Below are positions 24,725 through 38,544 of a stretch of 64,000 nucleotides of DNA, in pieces. This stretch comes from Euprymna scolopes (taxonomy: Eukaryota). The stretch lies in the NCBI GenBank assembly GCA_053919585.1, contig CM132799.1. One strand, given 5' to 3'. A program made the position numbers and the translations under genes. Position 1 is the first letter of the stretch; every line of letters begins with the position of its first letter. The notes below the pieces were generated by a model. That model saw only the letters and a list, made by a program, of their open reading frames with translations. It did not search any database and was not told where the DNA came from.

Positions 24725-25897
24725 CTAGCATGCCACGCGGTGTTGCCCAGTCGTAAAATATGCATAAATATTATATTTTCATTCATACAAAAACTGAGAC
24801 GTGCATGCAATTATTATGTTTTTTGTTTTTTTTCTTAATAGTTCACTTCTTGTAAGTAAGAAAAAAGAAAATACTCAGACTGAGATTTAAACTAAAATCT
24901 AATGAGAGTGAGTCAGTACAATAACCATTAGGCCGGCTTGACATGATCTATAAAAACTGTTTACAAACCTATTATTTTTAACATAAATAATCTGTCATGT
25001 GAAAAATTCACGCATCCGAATCTGTGGAACAATTAGCAACAGATAAAAATCTGATGACCTCACATACCAATTTTTTTTTTTATTCTGATCTCTTAACAGC
25101 CAGTTTTTTTTTTCTGGAGGAAAACTGATTAATAAGTTTTTTTTCTGAATATGCTATATACCAAATTTCAAGTATGTAGAGTTAAAATTCGTGGAGTACA
25201 GTATCCTCTCTCTCTCTCTCTCTCACTCACTCTCTCACAAACACACACACACACACACAATCACACACACACACACTTTTATAAGTATATTAGTAGACTG
25301 CCCGGTGTTACCTGGTCATAAAATATGCATAACTATTATATTTTAATTAATACAGACTCCTTGTTTATTATAAACAAAAATAATGGCGGCATTAAACGTA
25401 AGGTTAAATTATTTTTTAAAAAATGAAGCAAAAAAAAAAAACGAAAAGAAACTGAGACATGAGCATGCAAGTATTATATTTTTTGAAACAGTTGTGTTCT
25501 GGCAATTAAAAAAATACTCGAGTAGAGATCGAAACCAAAACATAAAACAGTGTGTCAAGTTCGATAAACATTAAAGCAGACTGACACGATCTTGAAAGTG
25601 TTTTTCAAACCTACTTATCCTTAACATAAAGACGCTGCCATGTTTCACAACCGCACATGCGCAGTTGTGAAACAGTTGGCAGACAGAAAAAAAAAAACAA
25701 TGACCGCCAAGAACCAATTTCTCGTTGTTTCCCCTTTAGCAACCCTTTTATCCAGATGAAGACCAATTCAAAAGTTGTCCACATGTCTGAATACCTTATT
25801 TACTAAATTTCATGTTTGTAGATCCAAAATGCATGGAGTATATAGGTTGAGAAGTGTCCTCACACACGCAGACACATTCTCGCTTTTATAGATATAG
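24725..25897 (-). mobile_element. Two tandem non-autonomous Helitron-like elements (24725-25290 and 25291-25897)
   Basis: On the - strand each runs from a TATAAAAG + (TG)n 5' end to a GC hairpin plus CTAG-like 3' end. The copies share AAAATATGCATAA, ACTGAGAC.TG.CATGCAA and CAAACCTA..TTAACATAAA. Confidence 0.65.
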
Positions 25898-26229
25898 CTT
25901 AATAAATTGTTACGTTCAATGTATTTTGTGTGTGATTTACCTTGAATAATAAATTCTTTTAAATTCCATTGTGCTCTATTCACTGTACGTCTTTGTAAAT
26001 CACGCAATATCATTGAATGCTAAAGTTACCTTGAACCTTTCAAACAAAGCATGCTATTTACTAAGAATTCAAACGCCATATTTCTTTCGCCCTCCCGTCC
26101 AAGGTACACATAAACATTCAGCTGCTTCGTGTCTCTGCATCCAATAGATAGACTGAAAAGGCAGATGGATTAAATTTATACGTTCCGAGGAAAATTAAAT
26201 GTGTAGCTAGCGAAGGTATGCCATTTTTT

Positions 26230-26419
26230 TTTAAAATAAATATCAAATAAGAAAAACACACTGGATCCATGCCATATACAAATGTTTGAGATATGATTTA
26301 TTTTTCTGATGAAGATGAAAATGTCGTGATCAACTGAGAAATTAAAATCACGATCAATACGAAAGAAACAAACTAAATATGATTTTATCAGAATAAAATT
26401 ATTTCTTTATTCATCTATA
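26230..26419 (+). repeat. Dispersed repeat (~190 bp), second copy at ~29955-30140
   Basis: Shared GTTTGAGA.ATGATTTATTTT..ATGAAAATGTCGTGATCAAC..AAATTAAAATCACGATCAATA. Confidence 0.8.
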
Positions 26420-26724
26420 TACAAGTTAGAAAAGCATTTCATCCAAGGCATGAAAATCGTTAAACAAAATATTCTTACTATAGGCTTTAAAAATAAAGGT
26501 ACAAGATTCAATTTGAAATTTATTTATCTTCAAAGTATACTTTTATACATTTTGCAAAGTAAAGTATACAAATTTAATACCTTACTTTGTAAAATTTATA
26601 AAAGTGCAATTTGAAGATAAATAAATTTCAAATTGAATCTTGTACCTTTATTTTTAAAGCCTATAGTAAGAACATTTTGTTTAACAATTTTCATGACTTG
26701 GATGAAATGCGTTTCTAACTTGTA
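26420..26724. mobile_element. Palindromic MITE (~305 bp) with TA at both ends
   Basis: TACAAGTTAGAAA..GCATTTCATCCAAG at the left; near-perfect reverse complement ending CTAACTTGTA at the right; arms ~145 bp. Confidence 0.85.
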
Positions 26725-27223
26725 TCCTATCTTTTTAAGATTATATTTTATTTAATTTATTAATTTGGATTAAAAAAAAAGATGAATGTTGTTTTGTATG
26801 TATTTATAAAAACTCCCCTACTCTCTATTTCAGATTGTATTTCTCCGCACACCACAACTCATTTTTGCAACCCCCTCTTTGTATTATTACAGGTCTGAAT
26901 ATTCTCTCTATTTCAGTTTGCAATTCTCCTTAGACTACAACTCTTTTTTGCAAATCCCTCTTTGTCATACATGTCTAAATAATGAGAAAATCTGAAATTT
27001 TTTTAACAAAAACTTTAAAAGAACTTTTTTGGTTAAATTTTTTTAAACTTCTTTCAGAATAGAAAATCTTTACAATTTAATAAGGAACATATTTCATGTA
27101 GGTTTCATTAACAAATATTCAGTAGATAACGAGAAAAATAGAGATGAAAATTTCAAAAGGAGTGTATAACTGGTTACGCTCAATAGTAGTCCTCGCTAGC
27201 GAAAGACTTTGTTATTGTTATTC

Positions 27224-27256
<33 letters not shown>

Positions 27257-28479
27257 TTAAAAATTCATCATAAATCAGGAAATTAACCAATTTTAATGAT
27301 ATTTTTAGTGTTTATCGGCTAATGATAACGGATTATAATAAATCCCTTAATTTTATTTGAATCTTAGTGAAAATTTATTATTTTGTTTAAACAATAATAC
27401 CTTTACTAAAGTTACGGTTTTCAATAGTAGAAAAAAAATGAATGATTTTTTTTTAATAAACCATCGTAAATTTAAAGAATAGAAAAGAAAAATTAATTTT
27501 TTCAGGAATAAAACAAAAAAAAAGCCCTTAAGTCCCGTATTAATGAATTAACACGAAAGAAAAATTAATTTCTCGGACTACCGATATTTTCATTGAATTA
27601 AGCATTGTTTATTAAATATTTCCCCACAAAAAATATAATTGCAAAAATATTTCTACTTTTTTTAGATTACATATTTCGCATAATTTTTATATGTAAGATT
27701 CTAATATTTTTCTTGCTTGAATGAATGTGAAACTTTCGTCGTAACATAATTTTTATATAATCTTGAAAAATATGTTGTTTTTTTTAATTCAAAAGCAGTA
27801 ACATAAAAAATAATTAAATGAAAAAATGGTAAAAATTATACAAAATGTTCACGGTAGGAATTTACAGATGCACAGCTAGGGAAAAAGAAAACCAGTAGTC
27901 CATACGTTCATTTAACTACCTTACGTCCTTTTCAGACAGCCTTTTGACTTTCTGGCATTTTGGGCTTTCGATGAATCCACACTTAGACGATTTTTCGTTT
28001 GTCGTGATACTGTGAAGCAAGAATCTCTTGCTTTTGAGGGCTAATTAAACTATTTCTTTGTACAACAGAAGTGTTTTTTTTTTCATTTACTTCAATATTT
28101 TAAGAATTCGCTAACATTTATCTTTCAAAGGAGTTTTAGAATTAATTTATTCCACTTCAAAATTTGGCTGAATTTATAAGTTCTCTAATGTCGCCTTGAA
28201 AACATTTTTCGTTATAACTTTTTTTTCACGTGTACAAATATTTTTTTTTTCCTTTTGGAAATAAACTTTATGAATTAATCTTTCAAATACTATCAAAAAG
28301 TAGTCGGAAACCTACAAAAAAGTATGATAGACCGGTTTCAAAACTGTCCTCTTACTTTTTCCGCCATTTCTGCACGTGCCTAGTAGAATGTATGATCCTG
28401 AGTGGGCTTTACACTCACCGGGTCTTGAACCTCCAGACTTGTTCACCAAGTTTCAGTTATTTATCTCCAACAGCCTTTG

Positions 28480-28700
28480 CTTTATCGCTGTTTAAGAAAA
28501 TCTCGGGGCACTTTGGCTATCGTCTCATTAGTAGAGGTTGTTATTCTGAATGAGCTTCTTACTCACCAGAACCTAACTCTCTGGATTTTTATCTGTGTAG
28601 TTATTGCAAAGATAATGTCAGTCCAAAGAATCATATGGCTATTCTGGAACTGAATAGAACAACAACAATCGTATTTAGGTGCGATGAAAGCCTTTTTAAA
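28480..28700 (+). mobile_element. Tc1/mariner-superfamily transposase C-terminal remnant, same family as 24180
   Basis: GHFGYRLISRGCYSE*ASYSPEPNSLDFYLCSYCKDNV. Confidence 0.7.
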
Positions 28701-29297
28701 ATACAGATGCTAAGGGTAGGTAATGTGGGCTATATTTAATTTAATTTAGTTTTATGCAAAGAAGGCAAAGAGACGAGACCTGTGAAAATTCAGATAACTT
28801 GGATTTTGTGAAATTTTAACAATAACAATTAGACCTCAATAAATAAATAATCCCCAAATTTTAGTTTCATTGCAGTATTTGAGGGGATTTAGGGAATATA
28901 ATATGAGCACAACTGTTATATATTTGATTCACGGAAAACGCTGGAAAGTAGTTTGAACGATTATTTTTATGATCGTTTAGCCGCCTAAGTGGAATGTCAG
29001 GAAGCTTCTGGGCCAAGATATGTAGAATGTAGGAAGTTAGGATAATTAAGCAACTCCCAAGTCGGGGAAACATCTGGAATAAAAGTTGCCTAAAAATACA
29101 ACACGAGACTTGTTGGTTCTTTGCGATGAATCTTCATTGCAGCTTTCGGCATATCCGTCAAACAAAACCAAAAGATGGACTAGTTATGTAGCCAGATGTA
29201 AAACCCCACAAACCTGTTATCCCTCCTTTTGTTTGTAAACACTGTCTCTTATAAATTGTTATATGTTATGTCCGTGTTGTTGAACTGTACCCACACG

Positions 29298-29354
<57 letters not shown>

Positions 29355-29393
29355 ATTATTTACTTCTAATAATTATTAAATACCTACAGACAC

Positions 29394-29525
29394 TAGTATT
29401 TTATCCTTTCTGGAATTATCAGTGAAAGGATTCACGATTAACACTGGTCGATAGATTCGAACTCGGCAACAGAAGCCATCCCTGACTCCATGAGCAAGTA
29501 CCTAATCCATTCGGCCACCGTAAAC
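29394..29525 (-). mobile_element. tRNA-derived element; related copy at 43545-43662
   Basis: On the - strand: A box TGGCCGAATGG, B box GTTCGAATC, then CTGATAA-TTCC-AGAAA-GGAT-AAAA (degenerate hammerhead-like). Confidence 0.55.
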
Positions 29526-30573
29526 CGCAAGAAATACTGTTGAAATTTAAACATTTATTTTAAGTGTTTGTAACGTCTGTCAGAGTGATCTCATCATTAT
29601 ATGATGATCTGCTCATATGAACCAAACTGACCGACTTTTCATTTCAACTGATAAGAAACGAGTTTTTTAAAGGGGCTGGCATATCGGTACATACAAACAT
29701 TACGACGGTAAACAATCACAATACGTTAACACAGAAAATATACTCGTAAATATCCACACACTTATGTATGCTAGATTCTGTGGCTTTAATTCCAGCTATA
29801 CAACACAACCTCCTATTTGAAAATTCAAAACTATCAAGTGCTGAAATTAAGATCTCCCATACCAGAGTCAACAATCTCATCAATGGATACATTTATGAAC
29901 ACGCTTATTGCATCTAGCCTCGCAGTCTGGTGGAAATGAATATATATTATATTTTTAAGAAATATAAAATAAGACCAAACTCGATACATGTCAGATGCAA
30001 ACGTTTGAGACATGATTTATTTTATGATAAATATGAAAATGTCGTGATCAACCAAAATTAAAATCACGATCAATAATAAGAAAGAAACACAACACAATAT
30101 TATAAGAATAGAAGTCTTTTTTATTGATCTCCATATTATATTTATATCCAAATTTTGTATGCTATTATCGACATTGTTGTCAGACTTTTACGAGTAATGT
30201 CAGCCCCAAAACGTAACGATGAGGTTAATTTCATAGGCTGTCATCTGCTGTACTTGCACCCTCTTGTACCGGTTTTTTATGGAATTTGTATGACTGTAAG
30301 GACGGTAAAGATTACTCCATTCAAAGTTATGTCCCTTTTGAGAGTATGGAATTTTGGGTCAGACTCTTATCCTTTGGAGTAAGAGACAGGAAGACCACAA
30401 ATTTTGCGAGAAGGTCACTCTCTTTCTAGTAGGATTCCAAGGCCCAAGAGTTAGACTTTCTTTCCTCTATTTGCTTACTGGTTACTGAGCTGAACAGACC
30501 TACACTCCTTCAAAGAAATCAAATGCGACGATTTTAAGTTAGTAACTGTATGCTTCACATGAGCGTTATCTTA

Positions 30574-30805
30574 GATACAGCATAATCACAGTGACACATC
30601 GGTTCTCATTAGATCACCGGAACTGAGCCTGGCCAGTACAAGATTGATGACCATTTTAGGAAAACTAAGTGCTGTATGTAGCAAGTGGTACACACTTCTG
30701 GCAGTTCTTGTATTCCACCTTCCAGCAACTGTCTCGATCCAATGAATCAGGCTAGTTAGAAGGAGAGAGTGAGGCTATCTTTGTGCAATCCTCCTACCAC
30801 AAAAC
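30574..30805 (+). mobile_element. 5S-derived SINE copy with an internal deletion in the head
   Basis: CACATCGGTTCTCATTAGATCACCGGAA..GAGCCTGGCCAGTAC..GTGCTGTATGTA; body GAGAGAGTGAGGCTA..TGTGCAA. Confidence 0.75.
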
Positions 30806-31324
30806 ATCGTTTTGTTTTTCGTTCTATCAAACGAACAGCTTCTCTGGGGTGCTTTTTTCTTATGTATTACTAATCTTAAAATCAACTGCTCGTTGCATAA
30901 CTCACAAAGATAGACTCCCTCTTGGACACCAAGATTCGAACCAACTAACTCAATATTTTCCAGTAACTTTAATATCTATGATATGGTGGATGTATTAGGC
31001 TTGGTTTCAATAAGCACAGAGTAAAATTAAATCTAGACAGTATAGTGAGTCGTGTGCAGAAGAGTAGACTGATAATATGGCTACATTGAAAGAATGCACT
31101 AACGTTCTTTGGTTAGTAGGGGAAACACAGGGAATGGCCAAGAAAAAAATGGGAGAAAATGGCAAATTAAATCTACACGGAAAAAGGAGTAAATAAAGAC
31201 TTGACCAGAGATAGGTTACTTTGGAAGTTTTGAGTTGTAAGGCATTTTAGTTTTAGAAGAGAATAAAAATATTGTTCCAAACTGAACGGTTGTGTCAATC
31301 CAGAGAAGCTTTGAATAATAAAAG

Positions 31325-33662
31325 TGTTGTAGGGCACAAATCACCCCTATTTGAGAACTAAATGGAATCAACCAGTCCTATAAATACCACTGGTTTCAGA
31401 GACTAAACAGAAACATTCATACCATGTTTAACCGCATACTACGAACACGTTCCTCTCATACCACTTTAGTGGCTCCTGTATTCTTTATGATAAATACATA
31501 TTATATTTATACACTTTACACTACTTGTGGTTTGTTCCATTTGCGACCCCTAGCTCGGGTCAACAACAACTGACTGACGATGATGATTCAATGACTTCCC
31601 GTATCAATCTACAACAATTGCTTACAACAATTAAGGACGAATATTCAGGCAAGGACCCACTCTAAAAGCAGCCATTGGAAAACAACATTCGACGACCAAA
31701 GAGATTCAAGAAAAAAGGACACACGCGGAAATTCGAAATAATTTTTCCTACACTCGAGGGAAATTCGAAACTTCAAAAGTATTTTTTTTTTAAAGTGCAG
31801 TGAAGAACGAGAAAAACTATTTGTCAACGTTGGGGGGAAACAACATTTGAGCGTAAAACCCCACAAACACGGGATAAAGAACACTTCAGAAAAGGACAAC
31901 AATTCTTGCCGACACAAGGATTTTACAAAGACGTCGTCAAAAGCCTTATCTACTAAATTAACGAGGTCAACGTTTTTTCCATATCTATAAATACAAGTCA
32001 TGTTGAAAAAAAATTTGTCCTACTAAAAAGCATGTCTCGCTAATATGTCTTATGGTTAAAAGGCATTAGCGTTAGGAAAAGAAAAAAAACTCATGCAAAT
32101 ACAGCAAGTAAATGATATATTTTATTTTCTTAGTAAAAGCGAGAATTCACACAATTTAAAAAAAAAAACGTCGGATTTAAATCTTATTAAAATAAACTCT
32201 TCACTTGTTGACGGACTGCACGTTGAAGAAGAAAAAACGATTTCGCTAAGTACGACAAGTAAAGTGTTAACGAGAAAAGGATTTTTTTTCGCACAGAAAT
32301 CGAAAATAGCCAATATTAAATAAATGCTATAAACTCTCTATCACAGATAAATAACTATTTCTTTTTTAGCAAAAAAGAGGGGAAAATGGGTAGGATCAAC
32401 AGGGAATTGAACTCAGTACCTACACATTACGATAATTACAAACTGGCAAACGAAATCTATTGCTTTCTCAGGAAAATTGCCACACGAGGAAATAACCAGG
32501 TACGAAGTTTGTAAAGGTTTTTATCTACAGAGTTGGTACTATAGGAAAAGTAAATCAATGAATTGTGTTGTTTCTAAAAAAATTCATTTTGTCATATTAA
32601 GTAATTCTAAACCTTCCAAAAAAATGGGCGATTTTACAAAACAGATGATGGGAATGGTAAAAGTCTAACGACGAATTTTACAATCAGTGCTCTTCATACA
32701 TTGTACGCTAGGTTTCGTGTGGTCGATTGTCTAGTGTCAGACAATGGCACACAATTCATTTCAGCAGATTTTAAAAGCTTCTGCGAGGATTTCCGGGTTA
32801 ACCACATAACGAAGCCAACCTATCATCCCCGACCGACCGGTTAGGCAGAGAGGTTTGTAGACAAACTGAAAAGAGCCCTGAAGAAAACTAAGGGAAAGCC
32901 CCCAGAAAAGGCGCTCCAGCAGTTTTTACAAATTTACTGAATTACGCCAAATGAAAGCACTCCATCGAAGATGTCACTGGTAGAGTTTATGTTCGTGAGA
33001 AAATTAGGTCGGTCGTTGAAAAACTGGTGAAACCGCCAAATAGTATAGTTCCTAAAAAAGGGTACTTACCAGGTGAACAGTTATTTTCAAGGTACACAAA
33101 ATAATAGTACGATGTGGGAACTAGGAAAGGTCCAGAAAAGGATCTGGTGGATGGTCTACATTATCGAAGGTCCGAGATTTACGCGCAAGAAACATTTAAA
33201 CCAAGTTTGAAAACGTATCACGTAAAGAAAGACAACCTCTTGCAGAACAAGAAAAGGTAATGGACCAGATATATGACACGTTCGATCTGGGAACACCACA
33301 AGCAGTCGGACAATGCCGGTCCTCCAGAAAAAGGAAAATGACCGTGCCGATAGAGATCAACCCCAGGAAAAAGAGCTATACGATTATTCCAGAGGAATGA
33401 AAAGCTCGGAAGAGGGGGTGTTGTGGGGTACTAATTACTCCTTTTTGAGAAATAAGTGTCATCAACCGGCCCTATGAACACCACTGGTTTCAGAGACTAA
33501 ATGGAGACATTCATGCCATGTTTAACCGCATGCTATGCACATGTTCCTCTTATACCACTTTAGTGGCTCCCGTACTCTTCATGACAAAAACATATTATAT
33601 TTATACACTTTACACTACTTGTTGTTTCTTTCATTTGTGACAACTAGCACGCGTCTACAACA
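31325..33662 (+). mobile_element. Internally deleted Ty3/Gypsy (Mag/K02A2.6-like) element with two 244-bp LTRs (31325-31568, 33419-33662)
   Basis: LTRs TGTTGT...ACAACA align end to end. PPT GAAGAGGGGG; decayed PBS ACTGACTGACGATGAT; approximate AAAAG TSD; integrase remnant LVSDNGTQFISADFKSFC..PTYHPRPTG*AERFVDKLKRAL. Confidence 0.92.
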
Positions 33663-34409
33663 AAAAAGCTTGCAGTACAAAAACAAGAATCTGTTTTCCG
33701 GTAGGTAACCAATCTGAAGAAGCCGTAAGCAGTGTTCCTTCTCTAAAAGATTAATTCTTTAATCGAGTGCTTCCGCTATCTTATTGGTTGCTAGTAGAGC
33801 GCGTTGACATTTGATTAGTCAGTCCTTATCACCTTGTCTATAAAAAGGACCCTTCAAATTATATTTTTTTAATCATACCGCTTATTATATCAAACATATT
33901 GCAACAGGAAGTCTAATTTGTTATATTATTTCCTCTGATTTACCATAATGCATCTGGACAAATGAATGACATAAAATATTGTAGTCAAATAAAGTGGTCG
34001 ATCATAGTCAAGGGCCACGCAAAGAAACATTTCAATAGCTATTACACTTAGATATAGTGGAAGGCGCCACTCGTTTCTCCATTTACTATTGATCTTTACT
34101 TGCTGCATGTAAAATGAATGTTAAACTTAACAGGATACTAACATCGTTTTGAAGTCATGTACGAACATCAACAAGCAAAAAAGACCGTATTAAATAAAGA
34201 AAAGAAAATCAATGCAAACTATGAATCTTCATCTCGTTTATACTCCTACAGATAATTGATATTTTCTGAAAGTCTGATTTTACAATGAACAGTTTATAGG
34301 GGGGAATGGTTGCATAATAACCAACAACACTTCTCTTAATCTGAAATAGCATAAACCATTTGCAAAGAAAAAATACAAGACCACTGGAACTCGGTATCAA
34401 CAATTTCAC

Positions 34410-34685
34410 CTGCACTCTATCTGTGTCTAAAACTAAACGTAGATTCCATTTCTAAAACTGCCTACTGGTAGAATTCTGTACATTGGGACTCCTCACCAAC
34501 TGACTAGAGTATATTCAGCTGCAAGTCCAATGTAAACAAGTTCCTGTTGAACCGGCTTTTAAAATAATTAAATTTTACACAATTTCCACCACTGACAATC
34601 TTTATGTGGTTGTCTCACTGACCACTTAAACTCATTATTGAGTGGTCTTCAGGTCTTGATAAGTGGTGATTTCGCAGTGAAAATA
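34410..34685 (+). mobile_element. LINE 3' end remnant
   Basis: CAAGTCCAATGTAAACAAGTTC and tail GAGTGGTCTTCAGGTCTTGATAAGTGGTGATTTC are shared with the copies ending at 37140 and 39375. Confidence 0.7.
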
Positions 34686-35436
34686 TCGAAATTATGAACG
34701 AGATTAAGCGTGAAAAAATGAACGCTTGATGATTCTCGTCTTTAAAGCATAAAATAAAATAAGAGATAAATACATGTATTAATACACCAGGAGGGGTGGC
34801 TTAGCTAGTATCATCTACAATCGAAACCAAAGCATTTAGCGCACCATCTGCGTTCTCTACAGTTTGAACTAACCGACAGACAGTTCCTATTTACTTACCT
34901 CCCACGGGGGAAGAGTACATAAGGTCAGTTTTTAATGTGAGGAAAATCCAGCTTCCCAATGATGGGCACTCTGGATAGGAACAACAATTAAAACTGCCTC
35001 AGTTATGAAGGATTTCACATCCACTGACCGAGGACAGAAAAGGTGAAGTGTAGCATCAAAACAGATACTACACTTTAGAGTTTTACACGTGCTCCAACTA
35101 ATAGAAATATGTCAGCAAGTTAAAATGTATTTCAATTGCCGACTTCTGTTCGCGCTATTCATCAATCCAAACAATGATTTTACTCGTTATAAACCGTCCT
35201 GGGTGTATGATTACTATTTCCTGTTAATTCCAGTGTTATGTCACAAGCAGTTTAAGAGTTTATCGGTTAAATATTTATACACAGAAAAACAAACAGATAC
35301 ACACGTGCATCTACTTTTTTTTATCTATATAGACTAGTGGGATACCTTTTTATTTCTTATTCATTACATTTTATAATGTTCAAGTTTTAGGGTAGCGCTA
35401 ATGATATACTCAGTGGGAGAAAAATAATATAAGTGT

Positions 35437-35540
35437 GCGTTAGTATACAAGTTTTCGCTAAATCACCAAAGATAAGCAACGTTGAGACTGGTCAGTATTT
35501 GATGGGTAACTATTTTGGAATACCAGTATGCCTATGGAAG
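35437..35540 (+). mobile_element. 5S-derived head (SINE3 or 5S pseudogene) with a different downstream body
   Basis: ATCACCAAAGATAAGCAACGTTGAGACTGGTCAGTATTTGATGGGTAACTATTTTGGAATACCAG. Confidence 0.75.
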
Positions 35541-36699
35541 CACGGTCAGGGAAGATGGTAACATATATTTTTGCAGAAAGGATTCCTGCAAAAAGCTGCG
35601 AAAATAAACGTTGTCATTTCTCCTAACTGACATACGCATGCGACTGGGGAATTGATTATTTCCCAGAAACTTCTCTTTTTGGAGAAAGCAGGCTGAAGCT
35701 GCCCAGGTTTAATACTGCACCAGGTACCAAGCAGGGCAAAAACTGTAAGTAAATCGATATCAATTGAAATGAATGTATGTCAGAAGAACGCTTTAAACTT
35801 TAAAGTTTAAATAAGAAAAAAAAGAAAGAAATACGTAAATATCGGTATAGAAAAAAAAAGAATGGGGCATAGAAAAAAAGCGTCTTTTATTGAAATAGAT
35901 TTGTATTCTGTCGTCAAGGAGACTTTNNNNNNNNNNNNNNNNNNNNNNNNNNNNNNNNNNNNNNNNNNNNNNNNNNNNNNNNNNNNNNNNNNNNNNNNNN
36001 NNNNNNNNNNNNNNNNNNNNNNNNNNNNNNNNNNNNNNNNNNNNNNNNNNNNNNNNNNNNNNNNNNNNNNNNNNNNNNNNNNNNNNNNNNNNNNNNNNNN
36101 NNNNNNNNNNNNNNNNNNNNNNNNNTATTGTATATAAGCATTTATATGTCCCTACACATTTAGGAGCATATTTCGCACGGTCTCTACTTTTGTATAAGCA
36201 AAATAACCTAAAGATGTATTTTGTTAGTTGTAATTGGCATACCGAAACATGCTTATGAAGATGTACTGATGTATCAATGCTTATGTAAGATAAATAAAAA
36301 ATTATATCTTGCTTTACTCTGTATTGAGCACTCTTGTATAAATCTCATCAAAAAACTTCAATTGATCGTCTCACCTCTGATAAATATTAACCTGGGGTAA
36401 TATTTACAAATAAATACATATTTCCTTTTTTATTATAGAAGTGGTAATTTTGTATTGTGGCTGTAAACTGATATTGCTAATGATGCTATGAAATAATATG
36501 TTGCTTGAAAAGTAAAATACTAATTTTAATAAATTAAAAAAATTTTTTTAAATAAATACAAATTCCTATTTACTGAAGCTGAAAAAATATTCACGAATTA
36601 ATTAATCATTTTACTTTTAAAATTGTGTAATGTTGGGTCTGTGAAAAATTACCCTTCATAGTTATTATAGGGTGAAGAGGGGGATGTTGTTTAATGGTT

Positions 36700-37143
36700 T
36701 GCAGGTCCCACAGAAGAGACGTTACGAGTATGTCTCTTCTTTATCGTTATTTTCATGGCAAGTGCTCATCTGAGCTCCAATCTATGGTCCCGCTTCGTCA
36801 AAATGTCTCGAAAAATACTCGTCTGGCCGAAACCACTATCAATAATTTCCCAAACTCCTTGTCTGTTCCTAGACCTAAATGTAGATTCCACGAACTAAGC
36901 TCCTTTCTTAAAACTGCACGCCTGTGGAACTCTCTTCCGATTGCCTGCTTTTCGACTGATTAAAATCTGATTGTCTTCAAGTCCAACGTAAACAAGTTCT
37001 TGATTAACCAACCCCCTAAGTAATCCAATTTACAAAATTACCACTACTTATGTTTACTACGCTATAATCGCATTGACTCTCATTAACCCTTATCCTCGAG
37101 TGGCCTCCGGGCCTTCATGTGCTGATTTCTGTGTAAAAGAAAA
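36700..37143 (+). mobile_element. LINE 3' fragment (ORF2 C-terminus plus 3' UTR)
   Basis: HRRDVTSMSLLYRYFHGKCSSEL..KTARLWNSLP..FKSNVNK; tail CCTTATCCTCGAGTGGCCTCCGGGCCTT. Confidence 0.85.
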
Positions 37144-38544
37144 GGTTGTCCATTCTGAGTTGGTTGGAAAACAAGTTCGTCACTTTCCTTTCACGTTTTC
37201 TTGCAGGCAGTGTTGTGAGGATTCATAAACTCCCAAACGGGTGTATATCCGTCGGCTGTCAAAAACAAAGTGTGTAGCTGCCTCTCTACTCAAAGGCTCG
37301 ATGCACACATTGGGCCAAAAATAAAGAGAAACATAATAAAAATTAACTAATCAATGTGAGCGGAGCCCGAAAAAAATAAATTTAACAACCAACGTGACTG
37401 TGAGAGCCGGTTAAAAATGGATAAAATCCCAGCATTTTTGTAAACGAGGAAACAGGGAAGCAAACATCAAGAGGATAACATACATGTGTAGTCAGGAGCT
37501 TTTGATGTTAAAGCCAGCAAATATTTCGCTTTATGACCGCTACTAAAACAACAAAAAGGAATAATTGCATATTATGAACATTATTTTTTCTTTTGTCTCC
37601 GTTTATTCTAACGGCTACTTTTCTACTCTCCTAAAAGCTGACGGCATATAAACATGGATCTTTTTGAACACACGCATTCAGGCTAGTCTTTCGCTGATGA
37701 TAAAAATTATTCAACCCTTAAATGGTTTGCGTTAAATGAAGTTCTATTTCATTCCTTACTCATATTGTTATAAACAATAAAAAAAACTCAAGTGCGCCCA
37801 TGCAGTCCCTCACTATTACAAACTTAGAGAGAAAGAGAGAATTGCAAAGATAACCATGAATAGTATCTTTAAAACTGGAACTTAAGAAGCTAATGAAAAG
37901 CTCCGTTACCTAAATAACACAATTAAATTATTAAGAATACATAAAAGATGAAAATAAAATTGAACACATTACAATATCCTTAGATTTATACTAATATACC
38001 CACGTCGGCGTGGATGTTTTTGTCCAATCCTGGACCACGGCACCAATTAGTACAAGAAGGACGTATTCAGTCCCTAAACGCAGGGGCTAACCCTACAACA
38101 TAACACACCCAACCAACTCGACAAGTAAAACACCCACAATTGTATGTAAACACACTAGAACACATTAGTTCATCACTAAGGAATTCGACTGGTGAGAGGA
38201 GCTTTCCAAATGTATCCACTGGAAATATTGTATGTAGAATTTCTTCTAACCCAAGCAATACAGAGACTAGCTTTACAGTCCTTACTTATATATAAAAGGT
38301 ACTTTGTGTGTGTGTGTGTGTGTGTGTGCGTGTGTGTGTAAGAAAGAAAGGGAAAGAGAGAGATAGTTACGAGGATGTTAAAGTAAACCTACGATCCAGT
38401 TTCTACTTTCCTTTTGTCTATAATGTTATCTTCTATGACATCTATCTATTCATCGTGTTTAAACAACCGGAATACTGGTTGTTGTGCTGTGGACATAACT
38501 GTTTTTCAATAAACGCTAACACGGCGCGGATTAACAAATTAACT

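Noticed and set aside
26815-26980. ~83-bp tandem dimer
   Set aside because: A simple local duplication with no further structure.
27860-28060. Possible - strand host exon ending at GTAAG/GTAG
   Set aside because: No recognisable protein motif and no partner exons; cannot be supported without transcripts.
29450-29525. Functional tRNA gene (also 23838 and 43590)
   Set aside because: A/B boxes are present but I cannot fold a convincing cloverleaf; these are repeat-family members.
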